Below are positions 56,916 to 64,000 of a stretch of 64,000 nt of DNA, in pieces (position 1 is the stretch's first letter; every line of letters starts with the position of its first letter). This DNA comes from Eledone cirrhosa (Eukaryota). The notes under the pieces are model-generated. The model saw only the letters and a list, made by a program, of their open reading frames with translations, made no database searches and was not told the origin of the DNA. Both the position numbers and the translations under genes were made by a program. The DNA lies in NCBI GenBank assembly GCA_964016885.1, contig OZ024742.1:365304001-365368000 (forward strand), given 5' to 3'.

Positions 56916-58537
56916 TCCCTATTTCCCCCCTCTCTCTCTCTCATTTCTGTCTTTCTTTCTCTGGAAGGAATCCTTTGAGTTTAGACCTGAGAGGGATCAG
57001 CTTCGCCTGGTTTTAGAATGTTGTGTCAGGACGGCACCCCTACGATTCCATAAGCAGTCAAGTACTCTTTGTGTTTAGCTTCAGAGGCACAGAGTAAAGT
57101 GGTTGCTTTGGCAGTGTTGTTAGAATGTTGAATGTTTGTCACAGATTTCTGTGAACGGAGTTCAAATCTTGGTGAGGTCTACTATGATGTCCTTTGTTAG
57201 GGGTCGATAAAGAAACCTATCATTCCGTTGCTGGTGAAGCTTTCTCCGCTTCCAGTTATCACATCCTGGAAGGTTCAAGGGAGTACGTGTGCCTCCTCAC
57301 GGTTGCATGGGCACCTAAAACCCTTAGTGAAAGCAATGTATGTACGCCATTGCAAATGGCGGTTGTAGCAGAGTTAAAAAGGGGAGTTTACTGACTCAAC
57401 TACTGAAGCTAGCTTTGAGATGTAAAATATTTACATTAATAGCACTAACACAGCCAATCATTATAAAAAGATATAAAGAGATAAAGTAAATGGATCTCCG
57501 TCATTTTCCACGAGGAGTGTTCCAGTTTTTCGATAAAGTTTTTGCTACGACTAGGCTACTACAATGTCGGCTGCTACACGGAGTTTGTTGTTCTGCCGAC
57601 ATCACCATTCATGCACACTCTCCCTACTGAATATTCTCTCGTCACCCATGTTGTGTCCATCCCACCCCGCACTAACCCTGTTTTTACAATAATTGCCGTC
57701 CAGAAACCCGTTCCATGTTCATATTGTACCAACAGGTGTCCACTTGTAACAGTTTCAGCAGAATATAAACAGCATCTGTCTTGACAGTCTCGGAGGACAA
57801 GTGATCGTTATGGGCACCCCTCTCCTTCGTCCAGACCTAACAAAAACAAAACACAATTAAACGGGTTGTTCCTTTAGTTAACGTCACCAAGACGGTCTAT
57901 GTTATAAACACGTCTGCCAGTTTTACAGTCAAACGCAGCTTTTCAATCATTTTTGTACAATGTCTTACTTTAACTCACCTCAGCAGGATGCGACAAAGTC
58001 TAACTATTCTGCCAATTCAGCGCTTTACCATATATATTACAGAAATACTTGAACAACTTGTTAATATCCCTAGAGAGATAGACTAAGTAAACATTTATAG
58101 ATATGTGAAATAAATCTTCAGTATATTTAACATATTGTATGATGTATTTTTATCGTAATAGTCTAGCGTTGGTACTTTCCTTTATCGAGCCAGAAAGGAT
58201 AAAATGTTAAGTTGACAGAAGCAAGATTTGAACTCAAGTTGCCGAGAGCTGAATGAAATACCACAATCTCTTACGAAAGTTCATGCAAAAAAAATTAAGA
58301 GTTCTCCTTGGTCTTCCAGGTAAACCAGTTTATCCTACAAAAGTTCTTAGAAAAAGAAATGTTCATTTCGATTTCATTTGCTGTTGTTAGTGAAATATCC
58401 AAAGTTTAGGGAAACGTTAGATAAAGGCTCTTGCTCAAAAACACAAAGCGGGAAGAAGAATAGAACACAGGACCTTAGAACTGTGAGTCTAATATCCTAA
58501 TAGTTACATCACACGTCTTCACTGGATATATAAATAT

Positions 58538-58725
58538 AATTGTTTCTACTTTTGGTACAAGGCCAGCAAATACCCAGTACATTACTGGTACTTTATTTAT
58601 CGACCCCGTAAGGATGAAAGGCAAAGTTAACCTCGGAGGGATTTGAACTCAGACCATAAAGAGCCGTAATTCTTTGCTGCAAAGCATGGCGTCCGACTCT
58701 CTACGGATACTGCCAATCCACCGTT
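58538..58725 (-). mobile_element. tRNA-derived SINE, near full length (further degenerate copies near 33580, 50300, 57110, 58170, 59780, 62460)
   Basis: Reverse-complement homology to 24538-24728. Confidence 0.85.
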
Positions 58726-59623
58726 CTTTGATGTATAGATATAATGTCTACACTGTTCCACATTCATAACCTTTTATAATAGAAAACAACTGACAAATCC
58801 ACAGATTTCCATTGGTTGGAGCCATTATACTTCTCTTGTAGAGAAATTGGTTTTCTTTCTTTTCTTTCCTCTTTGGTATTGGCCTACAATGGACCTCCGT
58901 CGGTTTCGGTGTGTTCCAGTTTTTCAATCAACGGACTAGCCTGCTTATAAAATTGACATATAAGTGACTAAACAGAGTCTCTTATATGCATAGACACGTG
59001 TACTGCCTTACAACTGTGTACCGAAGTTTAACCAATCAGCCAGGTGTCTTCAAGCTACATTAAATGTCGACCACTGAACTGTCACCTATTTCTCTTCATT
59101 TCAAACCTACTCTCCTCTACAGACTGTCTGTCGTCTCTGCTGTCGCACCACTTGTAATCAATTCTGTAACATGACAATACTGCATCAGTGCACCAGAACA
59201 CTCCTTGCTTCAAACGTTTTCAACAAATGCATTCTTCGGCTGTATTGCACCCTGACAACAGACAGACACCCATAAATACAAACACACACCCATATACATA
59301 AACACACACCCATATACACAAACATACATCCATATAAACACAGAAGCAAACTCAAACAATGAGAGAGTAGTCAACAGCAAATGTGTGTGTTTGTGTGTGT
59401 GTGGGTGTGTGTGTGTTTGTGTGTGTGCGTGTTTGTGTGTGTATGTGTGTATGCTTACGATGGTTGTGAGAAAGACGGTGCAATGCAAGGGATACAGGAG
59501 TTAAAACTAAATAAGTAGTTTTAATTCTTTAACACAGATTGCCGTCATTGTCCCTGTCGATTTATTCTTGGTATATATATACACTCACACACACACTTAG
59601 AAAGAGAGAGATAGAGAGAGAGA

Positions 59624-59684
<61 letters not shown>

Positions 59685-60037
59685 ATATATATATATACAC
59701 ACACATATATATACATATAAGAAAACCTAAAAGCAGTTTGACAAAATGTTTGAAGATGGTAACAGACGAAATCCACCCTGGTACTTCACTGGTAGAATTT
59801 TATTGGCTTGAGCAGAATAAAACGTAAAGTCATGCACGTTGACATCGTAGGTCATAACTTAAGGGGTATGACTTAATATCACAAGGTATTTTGTTTATCT
59901 ACATTTCACCTGACAGATTTTCAATTCTCGTGAGGTTGAAAATCTGTCAGGTGAAATATGCGTCCTCGTGTATGGTTGGTTGATTTGTTTATTTGTTTGT
60001 GGAACTAACTCTATACCGATCTGGTCCTCTGGAATGA

Positions 60038-60166
<129 letters not shown>

Positions 60167-60292
60167 CAATACTACATCAGTGCACCAGAACACTCCTTGC
60201 TTGAAACGTTTTCAACAAATGCATTCTTCGGCTGTATTGCACCCTGACAACAGACAGACACCCATAAATACTAACACACACCCATATACATA

Positions 60293-60485
60293 TGTTTTTC
60301 CCGTTCTTTGCCAGGGAACGTTTCCACGAACCAAAGTATCGTCTTCCTGTCTTCCTCCGGTTGCAACGTTTTTTGAAATATCCACTTCTGCGTTTACAGA
60401 TTGACTTTGTTAGTTTCAGAAGATCCCGTTTAGGGTGAAAGCAGCGATTCTGTGCTTAAACTTTAATCTGTTATTTTAATAAATT
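60293..60485 (+). mobile_element. PLE 3' end copy with CAGAAGA-type HHR (60412-60462)
   Basis: Near-identical to 11670-11860. Confidence 0.8.
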
Positions 60486-60498
60486 TATATATATATAC

Positions 60499-60592
<94 letters not shown>

Positions 60593-60597
<5 letters not shown>

Positions 60598-60734
60598 ATC
60601 AAAAGATGGTTAAAAGAGTTCCATCTTTTGATCTTATATATTATTATTTATACTCTAGTCCTACAAACTGTAGAGTGCTACTTATCCGATATCTGCATTG
60701 CTTTATTGTACTACAATAAAACTCACCCCCTACA

Positions 60735-60735
<1 letters not shown>
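60593..60735. mobile_element. Fold-back tail-only mini-element of the 27010-27290 family
   Basis: taagatcaaaagatgg..ccatcttttgatctta hairpin plus tail, between TA tracts. Confidence 0.75.
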
Positions 60736-60778
<43 letters not shown>

Positions 60779-60827
60779 TATAGTGACGAAACATAATTCA
60801 ATTGCATGAACTCATAAACCTTTATTT

Positions 60828-60883
60828 ACTGCTATATATATTTCGATGATAGCCATTGAATGGCTATGACCTCATCAGGCAGT
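60828..60883 (-). ncRNA. Type I hammerhead; 106-bp solo copy (60782-60887) of 13696-13801
   Basis: Reverse complement of the HHR at 13700-13755, inside (TA)n. Confidence 0.88.
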
Positions 60884-60885
60884 TA

Positions 60886-60943
<58 letters not shown>

Positions 60944-61356
60944 ACGTTAACAAAGCTGGTGATGTTACATAAATCGTTTATTAATTATAATAATTATAAT
61001 CATTTCAACGGTTCTCCCATGCAATCAAGATGTAATTCATGCATTTGTTGTTATGAGAACGGTATGTTCAGATGAAATTCGATTTTGTGATATGCCACCG
61101 GCAGGAAAAACACGTTCGTCTGCTCGTACGACCGGCAGACATATGAGTTCCTAAAAGGGTCTCCCAGCCATCGTGTTTACTGTAGTAATGTGCTATCCAT
61201 GTGTCAATTAGCGAAATTTGGACTCACGTACCCCTCACGGAAGGTTAGTAAATCAACAATATATATAAATATATATATATAGAGAGAGAGAGCGAGAGAG
61301 AGAGAGAGAGAGTGAGAGGGGGGAGATAGATAGACATACATATGTATGTGTGTATA

Positions 61357-62065
61357 GGCATAGGTTAAGTTTAACGTCTTAGATAATGAAAGTATATTTT
61401 CTGACAAGTGAATATGTTTGTTTTGTTTTTTTACAGTGACAGTTACGATACAGTTTGTTTATTTACAACAGGTCTCTATAGTGATATGGTGTTAATTAGT
61501 ATTACGTGTGTGATTATTTTTTTCTTTTTCTTTTTTTGTGTATTGTGTGTACGGAAAATGACATTGTGTGTTGAAAGAAATACATTTTTTTTAAATAACT
61601 ACATAGTTAGACGTTTGTTGCATATAACATATAAATTGACGTACCTTATCAACATCCTTATTAGACCGTATAAATAGCTGAAATACAGTTGATCATCTCG
61701 AACGTTAAACTTAACGTATTTGGCGAGATGATCAACTGTATTTCAGCTATTTATACGGTCTAATAAGGATGTTGATAAGGTACGTCAATTTATATGTTAT
61801 ATGCAACAAACGTCTAACTATGTAGTTATTTTAAAAAAATGTATTTCTTTCAACACACAATGTCATTTTCCGTACACACAATACACAAAAAAAGAAAAAG
61901 AAAAAATAATCACACACGCAATACTAATTAACACCATATCACTATAGAGACCTGCTGTAAATAAACAAACTGTATCGTAACTGTCACTGTAAAAAAAAAC
62001 AAAAACACATTCACTTGTCAGAAAATATACATTCATTATCTAAGACGTTAAACTTAACCTATGCC
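61357..62065. repeat. Near-perfect palindrome, ~345-bp arms, ~20-bp spacer
   Basis: 61357-61700 is the reverse complement of 61724-62065. Confidence 0.93.
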
Positions 62066-62671
62066 GTGTGTATATATGTATATATATATATAGGTTTTCA
62101 CAATCATTAATTCCTGGGTTAGATCCAAAATCATGGTATCTCAAACATATATAATATACCTAGTATCAAGTCATGCCTTGAGAATGAAATTGGACAGCCA
62201 GCCTTGACATGTGTGATGCAGAATCTCTTTAAATAGTTACTTTAAGGACTACACATGTCTTAGTCATGTTCAGCCATTTAAACGTTAATTTATAAACCGT
62301 CTGTTCTGTTGATCGTCGAAACCGACGGAGGTACATTCCAAAAAGTAAGATGAGACTCTAAAACTTTTACACAGGAGAATTATAATGACTTCAACCACAA
62401 ACAAATTAAGGAAAAATTGCCGCCTTTTATCTTTTTTATTAAAGAATATATAAATATGTAAGGTGAAGTGGTGGAGTCGTTAGAATCCCTCCAAGGTCAA
62501 CTTTGCTTTTCATCTTTTTGAGGTCGATAGAAAAAGTCTACTACTGGGTCGATTTCTTCCTCTATATCTCTTTCTCACTTCCTTTCCTTCATTTTCTTTC
62601 TTTCTCTGGTAGAAATCTGCTGAGTTCAGACCTGGAGAGATGGGCTCGACAGGCTTAAAATGCTCTAGAAA

Positions 62672-62943
62672 CGTCGTATATCACCACGGCACCCTTATGA
62701 CTCCCCCAAATGTCGTATGTCACTATGGCACCCTTATGATTCCACTAAATGCCATATGTCACTACGACACCCTTATGGATCCACCAAAGGTATGTCACTA
62801 CGTCACCCTTATGACTCCACCAAATATCGTATTTCACTATGGCACCATTATGACTCCCCCAAATGTCGTGTGTCACTACGTCACCCTTATAACTCCCCCA
62901 AATGTCGTATGTCAATACGGCCCCCTTATGACTCCCCCAAACG
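62672..62943. repeat. 39-bp minisatellite, about 7 copies
   Basis: Unit gtcgtatgtcactatggcacccttatgactcccccaaat. Confidence 0.9.
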
Positions 62944-64000
62944 TTACAGGGCCACGGCTGCACAAAGATCTATAACAACATATAATATTTCCAGTGAAAG
63001 CATGTTGCGTAAGTTTTAGGATTTTCGGCTGAATATCGTAAGGTCAGGATTTTGATTCCACGCTGCCCGTTGTATACTTGAATAAGACCATTTATTGCAC
63101 GATGGTCTTGTGCACTCAGACGGAAAATATGTACCTCGAATTATAAAGGGCCAGCTTTATCACACAATATGTCATTTTGAATCTCCCTAAGAAATAAGTT
63201 ATGGGCACACGTTGCTGTATACTCTTCATGGCAACCGACGGATGTCCAAAACAACATCTATATATTAATTTCAACAATGTCAGTATTCCGTGTGTCATAA
63301 TTCTCGATTATCATTGGTTCATAGGTATCAAACGACTCCGCCCACCTCAGCGACGCCAAACTTAAATGAATATGCATAATGCCAATGAGGGAGTGAGAGG
63401 GGAGAGAGAGGCAAAGTGAACGCTGTGTTTGGAGGCACTATGTATATGTCAGTGTAGAGACGTGTGGTGTGTGGAAATAAAAGGGGAAGGAAAGCAATAA
63501 CTATTAACATGTGTGCGTGTGTATGTACGTGCGCGTATGTTTATGTGTGTGTGTGTGTGTGTGCAGCGTCCCTCAGAAAGTAAAAACTATCAACATGTGT
63601 GAGTGTGTGCGTGTGTGTAAGTGCACGGGTGCGTGTGTAAGTTTGCGTGCGTGTGCGCGTTTCCATGCGTGTACATGTGTGTACGTGTGGCATCCCACAA
63701 TCACCACGCAGTTTATCTGACTGTGTGCCTGTCTGTCAGTCTAACATACACAGAGTTCTGAAGGGAGTAAATGGGACTTTTTTTACATTGACGGACATCT
63801 TTTATATTAATTATCTATATCTATATCTACATATAATATAAAAGATTGCAACTTCCATCATCCTTTTGAGAAACGTGCAACAACCACGTCTATGCAATGA
63901 TACACGTTTTACAGTCAGGCAGAAGATGAACCATCCCATAGAGGTCACTATTCTAGGTGGGAGCACCTATAAATGTTCATATGCTATGCACAAACGGTAC

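Overview
Repeat-saturated eukaryotic DNA with no recognisable host gene. The AT-rich composition, very long (TA)n/(GA)n/(CA)n tracts and the SINE-tail sequences suggest an octopus/cephalopod genome (inference from recalled repeat style). Coding remnants are all from mobile elements: RTE-clade LINEs, Tx1/L1-like LINEs sitting in (CTAT)n, Penelope-like elements (PLE; RT and GIY-YIG pieces) and two non-autonomous Helitrons, plus many tRNA-derived SINEs and minisatellites. The main hidden signal is RNA structure. By eye I fold about 29 type I hammerhead ribozyme (HHR) motifs from about ten sequence families. Ten of them sit in a ~480-bp near-identical tandem array (retrozyme-like), which itself lies inside a 7.46-kb inverted repeat (3395-10852) capped by PLE GIY-YIG fragments. 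Most of the others lie in PLE 3' ends or in short non-coding fold-back elements inserted in (TA)n. Most ORF-track entries are microsatellite translations and were rejected.
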